From assembly GCA_963793305.1 (NCBI GenBank), contig CAWBZV010000005.1, forward strand, positions 32,001-96,000: 64,000 bases of DNA, given 5' to 3'. Both the position numbers and the translations under genes were made by a program. Shown piece by piece: positions 10,907 through 21,112 of the stretch; position 1 is the stretch's first letter, and each line of letters opens with the position of its first letter. The notes under the pieces are model-generated. The model was given only the letters and a program-made list of their open reading frames with translations. It ran no database searches and was not told the origin of the DNA. The stretch comes from an uncultured Gemmatimonadales bacterium. Lineage in GTDB: Bacteria; Gemmatimonadota; Gemmatimonadetes; Gemmatimonadales; Gemmatimonadaceae.

Positions 10907-12651
10907 CGCGCGGCAGTTACCGGTGCGCGAGCGCCAGCGAGCGCCCGTTCAACGAGCGTACTCCGAAACGGCGTGACCCCGGCTGGGACACTGACAGCCC
11001 CCGGATCCGCGATGGCGCACCCGGTCACACACGTGCCCGCGAGCCGCTGCACCTCGGTGAACTGCACCCGATTGAACGAATCGTTCGGCGCGTATCGCTC
11101 GTTCAGAAACTCGGCGGTGTCCAACACCTCGTTGGCCAGGCCGCGCTCCATAATCCGGAATCCAGCATAGACGCTCTCCAGGAACTCGGCACTCGGCGCC
11201 TTGGCGCCGCGCCCAATGCCGGTATACGCCACGCGCCCCTCGATCTCGGCCGCCCGATACAGATTGCACCCATCAATGAGCGCCCGCGCCTTCGGCGCCG
11301 CGCGCAGCATCGCATCTCGTCCAGCACCGAGATAATCCCGATGCCCCGTGCACATGATCAAAATCTCGGCGTCGCGAACGGCATCATCGAGATCGTTCGT
11401 GAAGAGCGCCGTCAACGAGAACTTCGCCAGATTCTGGTCGTCGGGCTTGACGTACGGGTCATGCAAACGGACCTTGCAGCCCCGGTCGAGCAGCAGCCGA
11501 GCCAGTGACAACGTCGGCGAGTTCCGCGTATCCTCGGAATTGAACCGATACGCCGTGCCGAGCAGCGCCACCGACTTGCCAGCGATAGACCCGATGCGCT
11601 GCTCGGCCAGCCGCACGGTCTCGGCCGGCGACGCATCATTGATCCGGCGCGCCTCGAGAATGAGGCTCTTGCTCGTATCCGCGCCGCTCTCGATGCGGCG
11701 CCACCAGAAGAGAATGCCGTCCTTCGGCAAGCAGTGCCCACCGACACCCACGGTCGGAATCAACAGGCCACCGCTCGGCACGGCGTTGGGATCACTGCTC
11801 GCGCCATCCGCCTGATGGAGCCGGGCATTGACCTGATCGCGCACCGCGTAGAAATCGACATTGGCCTCGTCACACGCCCGCGCGACTTCGGCCGAGTACG
11901 CGATCCGCACGTCGCGATACGCGTTCTCGAGGGTCTTGACCGACTCGGCGGTCATGCTGTTGGTCGGGTACAGCGTCCCACCGGTCACGATGCGCGCATA
12001 CAGTCGCTTGATCAACTCCGGTGTGATCGGATGCAAGCCGCCGATCAATTTGTCGCTGGCCGCTACGCGCTCGACCAATCGACCAGGCATCACCCGATTG
12101 GGGCTGTTGCCGAGTAACAGGTCGCGCCCTTCGATCAGCCCATACTTCGCGAAATGGTCTTTGATCAACGTGGCCATGGACGATGGCGCGAGCGTCGACT
12201 CGAAGACGATAATCGGCATGTTGCCGGCGGGCCGTTGCCGCAGCTCTTCGCCGATGTGCCCCAGGGCCTCGAACAACGGTCCATAGTCCGGTGCAAACCC
12301 CGTTTTATCGGTCTGCACGCAAATCAAGATCACGTCGGCGTCGCGAACCCCAGCGTAGTCAGACGTGGCTGAGAGCAACCCGTCTTTGACCGATTCGGCG
12401 ACAATGCGATCGAGATCGGGCTCGACGCCGCCGATCGGTGACTTGCCGGCATTGATCGCGTCGACTTTCCATCCCGACGTCGGCGAGGCGCGTTGCACCA
12501 CGAGGACTCGGGCTGGTGTGTCGCTGCCCTCGCGAATCCGGGCGTGCGCGAGCAGTGCCGCCATCGGCATCCCGACGATGCCGGGGCCGACGACCGCGAT
12601 TTTCTTTACGTGCCAGTCAGGCACGCCTGATGGATCGAGTTTTAGGGGCAT
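10903..12651 (-). CDS. nucleotide-sugar dehydrogenase (WecC/WbpA-like), C-terminally extended
   Basis: GPGIVG Rossmann, FESTLAP, KTLENAYRDV, GVGGHCLPKD, DTRNSP. Confidence 0.88.
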   Translation of the reverse strand: MPLKLDPSGVPDWHVKKIAVVGPGIVGMPMAALLAHARIREGSDTPARVLVVQRASPTSGWKVDAINAGKSPIGGVEPDLDRIVAESVKDGLLSATSDYAGVRDADVILICVQTDKTGFAPDYGPLFEALGHIGEELRQRPAGNMPIIVFESTLAPSSMATLIKDHFAKYGLIEGRDLLLGNSPNRVMPGRLVERVAASDKLIGGLHPITPELIKRLYARIVTGGTLYPTNSMTAESVKTLENAYRDVRIAYSAEVARACDEANVDFYAVRDQVNARLHQADGASSDPNAVPSGGLLIPTVGVGGHCLPKDGILFWWRRIESGADTSKSLILEARRINDASPAETVRLAEQRIGSIAGKSVALLGTAYRFNSEDTRNSPTLSLARLLLDRGCKVRLHDPYVKPDDQNLAKFSLTALFTNDLDDAVRDAEILIMCTGHRDYLGAGRDAMLRAAPKARALIDGCNLYRAAEIEGRVAYTGIGRGAKAPSAEFLESVYAGFRIMERGLANEVLDTAEFLNERYAPNDSFNRVQFTEVQRLAGTCVTGCAIADPGAVSVPAGVTPFRSTLVERALAGARAPVTAAR

Positions 12652-14536
12652 TTAATGGGAGTCGATGAACTGTCTGTGCCACAGCTCGAGATTGATCAGG
12701 CCCCACAGACGGCGACTGAACGCCGTCTCGTTGGACATGAGGTGTTCCACTTCGGCTACGTCGAACAATCCGCGATCGCGCGTCGTCGGCGACAGCAGCA
12801 CGTCGGCGAAGAAATCGCGCGCCTGTCCCTTCGCCCACAGATGCAGCGGCACCGGGAACCCCATCTTGTCTTTTCGGTCGGCGACCGCACGGGGTAACAC
12901 GTGGGATGCGGAGCGCTTGAGAATATATTTGAGCTCGCCCCCGCGGAATTTCGTGCGCGGCGGCATGCTCGTCACGAGATCGGCCAGCCGGTGATCGAGC
13001 AACGGCACCCGTGACTCCAGCGACGCCGCCATGCTGACGCGGTCTTCGACGTGGAGCAGGGCGGGCAGCCCCGTCACCAGGTCGAAATGCGTCATCTTGT
13101 TGTAGTACGACTTCGTGTCCGGGTGATTGAACACGCGCTGGAACCGGGCGAACAAATGCTCGGTCTCATATTCGGCCCGGAAATCGTCACTGAATAAGCC
13201 CAACGCCCCACCGGATCGATCGATCAACCGGAAATACCGGCGATCCATGGGCTCGAACATATCCTGCGACCAAAATTGTTGCAGCATCGGCGCGTATTGT
13301 CTCAACGCCGGCAAGTTCGGGATGATTGACTTGAGCGAGACGATGTGCTCAGCCTCTTCCGTCGTCTCGAAGATCGCGCCCTTGATGGCCTGCTCTAAAT
13401 AGGCCACCAGGTATCTCGCATACCCGCCGAAAATTTCGTCCCCACCTTGGCCGCCGAGGACCACTTTCACATGTTGCGCGGCGCAGCGCGCAACAATGAA
13501 CTGGGGAAAGAGCCCGGGTCCAGCCACGGGCTCGTCCATCTGATAGATGATATGCGGCAACAAATCGATGAACTGCTGCTCGGTCGGCACGATCTCGTGC
13601 ATCGTCGCGCCACAGGCCTGCGCAACAACCTTCGCGTAGCGACTCTCGTCGAACTCGGGTCCCTCTCGGAAAGAACCGGTGAACGTATGCAGCGGTCCAC
13701 CCGCATGCGGCGCCGCGAGCAACGTGACGATGCTCGAGTCCATGCCGCCGGAGAGGTACGCACCGACCGGCACGTCCGAGCGCAGCTGCAAGCGCACGGC
13801 GTCCTCGATGATGCGCCGGGTCTCGTGGACGAAGTACTCCTCGGTGTGATACGGATCGATGACGAACCGGGGTTCCCAAAATCGAGTGATCGTGCTGGAG
13901 CCGGAGGCGAGATCAGTGACCTGAAAGTGCCCGGGCTCGAGCTTCCGGATGCCATCGAACAGCGTCCGATCCCCGGTCACGAACTGAAACGTCACGTACT
14001 CCCGCACCGAGTCGAAATCGACCTTGCGCGGCACATCGGGATGGGCGAGAATCGCTTTGATCTCCGACCCGAACAGCATGCGCCGGTCGTCCGACCAGTA
14101 GTACAGCGGTTTGATCCCGAAATGATCGCGCGCGGCAAAGACTCGTTGACGCTCGGCGTCATAGAGCAAGAACGCGAACATGCCGTTGAGCTGCCGCACG
14201 CATTCGGGCCCATACTGCGCGTACATCGCCGAGAATGACCTCGGTGTCCGAGGTCGTCCGGAACGTGTGCCCGAGCCGTATCAGCTCGGCCTTGAGCTCG
14301 ATGTAGTTATAGATCTCGCCGTTGAAGACGATCGTATACGGCCCGGTCGTCATTGGCTGATGCCCGGTCTTCAAGTCGATGATCGAGAGGCGCTTGAAGC
14401 CGAGCCCAACACGTCCGTCGACGAACACACCGTCGTCGTCCGGCCCGCGATGCCGGATGACGTGCGTCATGGCCGAGATCTGGCTCGGCTCGACGGCGGT
14501 GCCGTCCTTCTGTATGATCCCGACTATGCCGCACAT
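12652..14536 (-). CDS. asnB: asparagine synthase-like glutamine amidotransferase (polysaccharide-associated); +1 frameshift near 14228
   Basis: MCGIVG, HRGPDD, FNGEIYN, SDTEV in ORF 14159-14536 continue as LNGMFAF, RDHFGIKPLY, LSGGMDSS in ORF 12652-14226. Confidence 0.9.
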
Positions 14537-15489
14537 AGGTCGATGGCTCGATCTTGGAGTGAGGGTCGGGATAAAATGGCGCGGGCGTGGGTGCTCATGT
14601 TGACCAGGTCGAAATGGTCTTTGAGCACCCGCAAGACGCGGTGGAAGGTCCGCGCCTTGACTCGCCCGCTCAGGTCCATGCCGGGGAAAAACTTCAATGC
14701 CGGCGCTTGGTCTCCGCCGAGGAGATCAAGCGGGTGCAACAGGAAGCTCGGTTCCACTCCCATGAGACGACAGGAAGCGATGGCGGTTCTCAGATACGCC
14801 ATCATGAGAGTGTTCGAATACCGACTGAGATACAGCAGGTAGCTCAGATGAAACGGCGTCTTGATGACCGGGATGGTCGTAACAGGTATCTCCAGCAGGC
14901 TGCGCCCGGAGGGCAGTCTCCACCGATACGGTGCAACCGGTCTCAGTCCATCACGAACAGTTCCAAATAGCGCCCCACGCTCAGCCTTCTGCTCCGCCGT
15001 CAGTTTGGCGGTCCAGAAGTAATAGGCTCTGGCTAGGGGCCCGAGATATGTCGGGAGCGTCGATGCGTCGTAGATGTATCCCCGGTCGAGCAGCACTTCG
15101 AGCAGATCGGGGCTCCAGCTAAATCCGGGCCCTCGGAAACCAACGGGCCGCTGTCCCGTGGCCGCGAAGATATTTTCTTCGGCCGTCGCGATCTCCGTCG
15201 TGAGCTGCTCGCGGGAGTATCGATGCAACCAGGGCTCGTGCTCGTGCGAGTGATTCCCGACCTCATGTCCAGCATCGACGGCCGAGCGCAATGCCGTCCG
15301 ATTGGCTTCCGCGGCGGCATCGATGCCGACGATGAAGAACGTGATCTTGATGCCGAGCGCATCGAGCGCTTCGAGCGCCGCGGGGAAGAAGACGTCGTAA
15401 TACGACGGCCGCGACTCCCACCCGGCGTCGCCGTGCGTCTTCATGTACGACCACAGATTATCGACGTCGAGCGAGACGCTGGCCTTCAT
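14524..15489 (-). CDS. polysaccharide deacetylase (NodB-like)
   Basis: SLDVD, ITFFIVG, HEVGNHSHEH, GFRGPG, YDAS, LHPLD. Confidence 0.88.
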   Translation of the reverse strand: MKASVSLDVDNLWSYMKTHGDAGWESRPSYYDVFFPAALEALDALGIKITFFIVGIDAAAEANRTALRSAVDAGHEVGNHSHEHEPWLHRYSREQLTTEIATAEENIFAATGQRPVGFRGPGFSWSPDLLEVLLDRGYIYDASTLPTYLGPLARAYYFWTAKLTAEQKAERGALFGTVRDGLRPVAPYRWRLPSGRSLLEIPVTTIPVIKTPFHLSYLLYLSRYSNTLMMAYLRTAIASCRLMGVEPSFLLHPLDLLGGDQAPALKFFPGMDLSGRVKARTFHRVLRVLKDHFDLVNMSTHARAILSRPSLQDRAIDLCAA

Positions 15490-16820
15490 GACGGGACCGC
15501 CGGAGCCGACGTCGCCAGCATCGGAACGAGCGCCCGCGCCTGCCGATCCGCCAGCATGAGCGTCTCGTTCACGTTCAGGGTCCCATTGGCGATCTGCGCC
15601 GAGTTGACCACGAAGAGTCGTTCTTGCGAGGTCTTGAGCGGCGGCAGACAGTTCGCGGTGTAGTCGCGCGTGGTCACCGCGAGGACGTTGCGCACCCGCG
15701 AGACTTGCGTCGCCCGCACCTGTCCGCGATGAAAGTGCGGATACATGCGCTCGAGGGCCGAGACGGACTCGTCGAGTATCGTTTCGTCGCTCTTGCCCCA
15801 GTCGTTCGCGGTCTGGGTGAGATATCTCGGCAGATAGACGAGGTGCTTGCCGCCGAACGTCGCGGGATCCACGAGCGCCGTCATCTCGATGACCGCGGTA
15901 AACGGCACCCAGTCGTCCGTGATGTTCGTGACGTAATAGGGAGCCAGAGGCCGGTCGAGGAGCAACGAGGGGCACACGATGCCCTGATAGACGACCCGGT
16001 TGAGTCGCTCCCGCTCGCTATCAGTCAGCTGGGGACAGAGCGCGCTCACGCGCGGGCAGGGCACCGTCATGACGACCGCGTCAAACCGCCGCGTCGTCCC
16101 GTCGCCGAATCGAACCGTCGCCCCATCGCTATCGCTTTCGACGTTGTCGACGGGCTGTCCGGTGACGAGCTCGACGCCTTTTTGGGTGAGATAGTGTTCG
16201 AGGCGCGCGAGCACGGCGTCGTAGCCACCCTGCACGTACCCGAACCGCTCCTCTTTCAGCCCCGAGCGACGAGCCGCGTACATGCGCGCGATGATCGCCC
16301 AGATGAACGACGCGCTCGCCTGCGTCGCATTCGCCCCGAGCTTGGCCTTGAGCAGCGGCAGCCAGATGCGCTCGACCGTCCGGCTCCCCGACAACCGCGT
16401 GAGCCAATCAACCGCCAGCTCGCGTTCCAGTGGCTCGCCATCGGTGATCCGGGAGGCGGTCATGATCGTGAGACCGAGCCGCACCTTGTCGATCAGATTG
16501 AGCGGCGGGAATCGCAGGAAGTCGAGAGCGTTGTTGAACGGATAGAGGTGCCCGTCCGTGAAGAATCCAGTGCGTGTCGTGCGCCATTGGATGCTGTCTG
16601 CCAAGCCCAGTTCGCCGAGTAGGTCTCGAAGGGCGGCATCCGACAGAAGTGTCACGTGGTAAAAGCGATCCCACGTGATGGGCCCGAGCTGCTGCGCGCT
16701 CGCCAGGCCGCCGATCCGAGGGGCGCCCTCGATGACCGTGACCTCGCAACCGGCGTGTTTGAGCCGACGCGCGAGTCCCAGTCCGAGCATGCCGCCGCCG
16801 ACAATACCGACGTGTGTCAC
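15486..16820 (-). CDS. FAD-dependent oxidoreductase (amine oxidase/protoporphyrinogen oxidase-like fold), polysaccharide-locus type
   Basis: IVGGGMLGL, IGGLA, DRFYH motifs; GTG start at 16820. Confidence 0.82.
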   Translation of the reverse strand: MTHVGIVGGGMLGLGLARRLKHAGCEVTVIEGAPRIGGLASAQQLGPITWDRFYHVTLLSDAALRDLLGELGLADSIQWRTTRTGFFTDGHLYPFNNALDFLRFPPLNLIDKVRLGLTIMTASRITDGEPLERELAVDWLTRLSGSRTVERIWLPLLKAKLGANATQASASFIWAIIARMYAARRSGLKEERFGYVQGGYDAVLARLEHYLTQKGVELVTGQPVDNVESDSDGATVRFGDGTTRRFDAVVMTVPCPRVSALCPQLTDSERERLNRVVYQGIVCPSLLLDRPLAPYYVTNITDDWVPFTAVIEMTALVDPATFGGKHLVYLPRYLTQTANDWGKSDETILDESVSALERMYPHFHRGQVRATQVSRVRNVLAVTTRDYTANCLPPLKTSQERLFVVNSAQIANGTLNVNETLMLADRQARALVPMLATSAPAVPS

Positions 16821-16832
16821 GCTAGGAACTTT

Positions 16833-16848
16833 AGCAAGCAGCCGGCCA
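16833..16848 (-). promoter_or_regulatory. sigma54 (-24/-12) promoter candidate
   Basis: minus strand TGGCCGGCTGCTTGCT = TGG-N8-TTGC, just upstream of GTG 16820. Confidence 0.65.
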
Positions 16849-16944
16849 CCTGTCTGTGCCACCCATCACGCGTGTAACTGAAAGCATGGCATAGGATAAG
16901 CGCGAGGCTCACCTGGCGGTCAGACCCCCTCTGTCGCGCTCGCT

Positions 16945-18783
16945 CTACACTGATGTGGTTCGCTGCTTGGGGCTGGGCAGCTTCCACCGGAGCAGCAAGA
17001 GCTCCATGAGTAGTTTCACGTGACCGGCGATCGTCCGCAGCACTTTCATCTTCGACCGTCCGATCATGCGAACAGCGAGCGTCGTGGGGAACTCGACGAT
17101 CCGCGATCCCGTGAGATCGAGCTTCCCGATCATCTCGGCGACACCGAGGAATCCCGGATGGTCGATGTTGGTGGGCGCGACGGCGTCGCGGCGATAGACC
17201 CGGAAGCAGCTCGTGTACGTCGCGAGCCGCTGGTGGAGGACGACCCGGTACATGCGCGACAGCGTCTTCGACAGCGTGAGCCGCCAGCGCGGCACGTTGA
17301 GGACCGCGCCCTTCGGGTGGTACGGCGACGCCGTCACCAGATCCACGCCATCCGCGAGGAGGGGGATCATGCGCGCGAGCTCGTGCGGATCGTACGTGCA
17401 GTCACAGTCCATGGAACACACGATCTCGGTCGATGCCTTCCGAATCCCCGTCATGATCCCGGCCGCGACGCCGCGATTGTGCGCGTGACGAACCATCACG
17501 CAGTTCGCCCGCTCGCCGAAGATGCGGTGCAGTGCCGGCCAGGTATTATCGGTCGAGTGATCGTCGACGAAGATGAACGTGAGGTCGAACTGTGCGAGCT
17601 GTTCCTCGACGCTGTTGAGCGTGTTCGCGAGATACGGGAGGATCAGCTCCTCGTTGTAGCACGGGATAACGACCGTCACCGGCGTGCGCGTCGCGGGCAA
17701 GGATACTGGCGCCGCCGCGACCGCGCCGGTGGTGATGACCGGCGCCGGCCCCGATGTCCGCGCGCGCAGCATCCGCGCCGGTTGAGGGACGGCGGGCAGC
17801 GATGTCACGCCCTCCGTTCGGGTCAGCGTCATGTTGTTGACGCCGATGTAATCGGCCGCGCTCGTGAACCGATACCGGCTCAGGTAATAGCGCAGGTACT
17901 CCGGCATGAGGCGGAGGTTGCGATACTGACGGACGCGCTGCATCCACGGCGCCGACTGGATCTTCGGCTGATCCGGATCGAGCTCCCACGTGTGGAAGTA
18001 CATCACGAACGGCGCCGAGAACGTGCGCGTCCAGTGCGAGACACCGCGCCGGACGAGTCCATGCGGCAGCTGGCGGAAGTAGTTCCCACCGGCGATCGGA
18101 ACGAGGAATCCCAGAATGTCCGCCGTCGAGATCGGCAGCTCCCACAGTGTGCGATCGCCGTAGCGGTGCAGGTGCGCGAATCGGCGCCACGGCTCCGAGG
18201 CATACGAGCGCAGAATCGGCCCGATGCTCGAGTCGTACTCGTATCCCTGCTCGGCCAACACGTCGAGCGCCCACAGATCCGAAGGGCGGAACCACCGGTC
18301 GGCGACGCGGTATCCCACGACGCGCTGTCCGCCGGCGTGCTCGATCGCTTCGCGCGAGCGCGCGAGGTCGTCCCGGAACTCGCCCGGTGTCAGCTGCTGG
18401 ACATTGCGGTGATAGTAGCCCTTGCTCGCGATCTCATGGCCGCGATTCGCGACCTGGCGGACGAGCTCGGGCACTTGGTCTGCGACCCAGCCGAGGACGA
18501 AGAAGGTCGCGTGGACCCCGTATTCGTCCAGGAGGTCGAGGGTACGCTCAGTGGATTGCTCCAGCCGGCGCTCGAACCGGTACCATTGGCCGCGCTGAAT
18601 CAGGCGGTTGAAGGCGCCGACGTGGAAGTAATCTTCCAGCGCGATCGTGAGGACGTGGGTGCCGGTATCCCCGGACGCCGTCGCCCCAATGTCGCCTTGC
18701 GAGCGTCGGATAGGCAGCGCCGCCGCGGTCGACCAGTTGCCTCGGCGGCCCGAAGGGTCTAGCGAGAGGGTAGGGCCTTTCAC
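16945..18783 (-). CDS. fusion of XrtA-system-type polysaccharide deacetylase (DUF3473-like) and DPM1-like GT2
   Basis: LEDYFH, ATFFVLGWVA, AGGNYFR, FHTWELDPDQP; Pro/Ala linker; VVIPCYNEE, VDDHSTD, MDCDCTYDP, SCFRVYR, GRSKM. Confidence 0.88.
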   Translation of the reverse strand: MKGPTLSLDPSGRRGNWSTAAALPIRRSQGDIGATASGDTGTHVLTIALEDYFHVGAFNRLIQRGQWYRFERRLEQSTERTLDLLDEYGVHATFFVLGWVADQVPELVRQVANRGHEIASKGYYHRNVQQLTPGEFRDDLARSREAIEHAGGQRVVGYRVADRWFRPSDLWALDVLAEQGYEYDSSIGPILRSYASEPWRRFAHLHRYGDRTLWELPISTADILGFLVPIAGGNYFRQLPHGLVRRGVSHWTRTFSAPFVMYFHTWELDPDQPKIQSAPWMQRVRQYRNLRLMPEYLRYYLSRYRFTSAADYIGVNNMTLTRTEGVTSLPAVPQPARMLRARTSGPAPVITTGAVAAAPVSLPATRTPVTVVIPCYNEELILPYLANTLNSVEEQLAQFDLTFIFVDDHSTDNTWPALHRIFGERANCVMVRHAHNRGVAAGIMTGIRKASTEIVCSMDCDCTYDPHELARMIPLLADGVDLVTASPYHPKGAVLNVPRWRLTLSKTLSRMYRVVLHQRLATYTSCFRVYRRDAVAPTNIDHPGFLGVAEMIGKLDLTGSRIVEFPTTLAVRMIGRSKMKVLRTIAGHVKLLMELLLLRWKLPSPKQRTTSV

Positions 18784-18797
18784 AGCCAGTTAGTCAT

Positions 18798-18813
18798 AGC
18801 AAGCCTACGGCCA
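18798..18813 (-). promoter_or_regulatory. sigma54 (-24/-12) promoter candidate
   Basis: minus strand TGGCCGTAGGCTTGCT, upstream of GTG 18783. Confidence 0.65.
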
Positions 18814-18884
18814 CCATGTGGCTTTCGCTAACAGACACAGCCGTCTAACTTTGCGCGTCTTCGGGCCACTCCAGCGCGGCCGGC

Positions 18885-19958
18885 GTGTTGCAAACATACG
18901 ACAATCTCGCAGTTCTCCATGTGGTTGCGCCAGGGCAGGTAGGCGGGCTCGAGAGTGTCGTCCTTGCCCTCACGGCCGCCCAGGCGGCCCGTGGGGACCG
19001 GGTACACGTGGCCGCCATAGTAGACGAGCCAACCCCTCAGCGCCATACGTTTATCGAGGCCTTGGGGGTCGAACGCACGGTGATCGCGCTGCCGCCCCGG
19101 GCATACGGCCGCGAACGCGCGGGCATAGCCGACGTGTGCGGCCGCATACGACCCGACGTTGTCCATACGCACGGCTATCGGACCGACGTAATCGATTCTG
19201 GCGTGGCCCGCCGAATGGGCATCCCTACGGTCACTACGGTCCACGGCTTCACCGGAATCGGCGGCTGGCGAGGGCGCCTCTACGAGTACCTTCAGCGTCG
19301 GGCTTTTCGTCGCTTCGATGCTGTGGTCGCCGTCTCGCGTCCGCTCGTCACGTTGCTGACCAACGATGGCGTCGCCCCCGATCGCGTACACATGATCCCC
19401 AACGCCTATGCCCCTGGTGAGTTCATCGCCCGCGACGACGCCCGCCGCACGCTCGGCCTCGGCGATGGCTTCATCGCCGGGTGGATCGGCCGCCTTTCTC
19501 AGGAAAAAGCTCCCGATGTTTTCGTGGCAGCGGTTGACCTGGTAGAGGGAATGTCTGCCGCGATAATTGGGAGCGGTCGCGAAGCGCCGCGTCATTCGCT
19601 CCGAGTAAAAATGCTCGGCCAGGTCGCCGATGCCGCACGCTTGATGAAGGCTTTCGATGTGCTCGTGCTGAGCTCACGAACAGAGGGAACGCCGATGGTG
19701 TTGTTCGAAGCGATGGCCGCACAGGTGCCCGTTGTCGCGACGGCAGTCGGCGGCGTCCCGGATGTCGTGCGCGAGACCGAAGCCTTGCTCGTCCCCCCGG
19801 AACGCCCGGATGCATTGGCCCGCGCCATGGCCGCGGTACGTGACAACCCGGACGCGGCTCGAGCGCGGGCTCGAGCTGCGGCAACGCGAATGTCGACCGA
19901 ATACGCCGTCGGGCCATGGGTCGAGCGCTACGCCGCGGTCTACCGGGGCGTGTTGTGA
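18885..19958 (+). CDS. glycosyltransferase family 4
   Basis: VGGLE, HTHGYR, GRLSQEK, SSRTEGTPMVLFEAM; exact start uncertain. Confidence 0.9.
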   Translation: MLQTYDNLAVLHVVAPGQVGGLESVVLALTAAQAARGDRVHVAAIVDEPTPQRHTFIEALGVERTVIALPPRAYGRERAGIADVCGRIRPDVVHTHGYRTDVIDSGVARRMGIPTVTTVHGFTGIGGWRGRLYEYLQRRAFRRFDAVVAVSRPLVTLLTNDGVAPDRVHMIPNAYAPGEFIARDDARRTLGLGDGFIAGWIGRLSQEKAPDVFVAAVDLVEGMSAAIIGSGREAPRHSLRVKMLGQVADAARLMKAFDVLVLSSRTEGTPMVLFEAMAAQVPVVATAVGGVPDVVRETEALLVPPERPDALARAMAAVRDNPDAARARARAAATRMSTEYAVGPWVERYAAVYRGVL

Positions 19959-21112
19959 TCATTCTCGCCTGGATTCTCGTCGCCGCTCCAGTTGCGCTCG
20001 CCGTATACGCCTACGCGCTCTATCCTGCGCTCCTCCGACTGCTGGCGCTCGGGCGCTCCGCACCGGGGACATTGAGCGATCCAACGTCCTGGCCATGCAT
20101 CAGCATCACGGTCCCGGCGTACAACGAAGAACGCGCCATCCGTGCGACGATCGAGAATCTGCTCGCCTGCGACTATCCAGCGGATTGCCGCGAGATCATG
20201 GTCGTCTCGGATGCATCGACTGATGGGACCGACGCGATTGTCACCGAGTACGCCGACCGCGGGGTCACCCTGCTGCGCTTGCCGCAGCGTGGTGGCAAGA
20301 CCGCGGCCGAGAACGCCGCCGGCGCCGCGGTGCGGCACGACATCGTGATCAACACGGATGCCTCGGTGCGCGTCAGGCGCGACAGCCTCAAGCCCCTCGT
20401 CCGCATGTTCGGCGACCCGACCGTCGGCGTCGCATCGGGCCGCGATGTCAGCGTCGGCGATGTCGCCGCCGAAAGCAGTTCCGGCGAGTCCGGCTACGTC
20501 GGATACGAGATGGGCCTGCGTGCACTCGAAACGCGCGTCGGCTCAATCATTGGCGCCTCCGGATGCTTTTACGCATTTCGCCGCTCGGTGTACGACACAC
20601 AATTTCCCGATGCGCTTTCCCGTGATTTCGCGAGTGTGCTCATCGCGCGTGAACAAGGCTATCGCTCGGTATCAGTGGACGAAGCGGTCTGTTTCGTCCC
20701 TCGCACGGTCTCGCTCGAAGCGGAGTTCCGCCGGAAGATTCGCACGATGGCGCGCGGGCTGGCGACCTTGTGGTACAAGCGCGCGCTGCTCAACCCATTT
20801 CGCTATGGCGCATTCTCCTTCATGCTCGCGTCCCACAAGCTCGCCCGCTGGCTGGTGTACGCGGCACTCCCGTTTGCGGCGGTTGGTCTCCTCGTGCTCG
20901 GCACCACAGGTCGCTTAGGGCTAGCTGTCCTGGCATTGAGCATACTCGGAGTAGCCGCGGGCGTGCTGGGTATGCGTTGGCGCGGAGCGCCACGTGTCAT
21001 CCGAATGAGCGGCTTCGCCTTCGCGAGCGCCTTGGCCGGTGTCATTGCGTGGCGCGATGCGCTCGCCCGCAAGCGCCGTCCGATCTGGGAGCCTACGCGC
21101 CGCCCTGCTTGA
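19955..21112 (+). CDS. glycosyltransferase family 2 with N- and C-terminal TMs
   Basis: ITVPAYNEE, SDASTDGT, GGKTAA, TDA, ASGCFYA, RKIRT, SHK. Confidence 0.88.
   Translation: MIILAWILVAAPVALAVYAYALYPALLRLLALGRSAPGTLSDPTSWPCISITVPAYNEERAIRATIENLLACDYPADCREIMVVSDASTDGTDAIVTEYADRGVTLLRLPQRGGKTAAENAAGAAVRHDIVINTDASVRVRRDSLKPLVRMFGDPTVGVASGRDVSVGDVAAESSSGESGYVGYEMGLRALETRVGSIIGASGCFYAFRRSVYDTQFPDALSRDFASVLIAREQGYRSVSVDEAVCFVPRTVSLEAEFRRKIRTMARGLATLWYKRALLNPFRYGAFSFMLASHKLARWLVYAALPFAAVGLLVLGTTGRLGLAVLALSILGVAAGVLGMRWRGAPRVIRMSGFAFASALAGVIAWRDALARKRRPIWEPTRRPA

Noticed and set aside
16888..16902. Plus-strand TGGCAT-N5-AAGC sigma54-like motif
   Set aside because: Poor -12 element and it points antisense into a gene end
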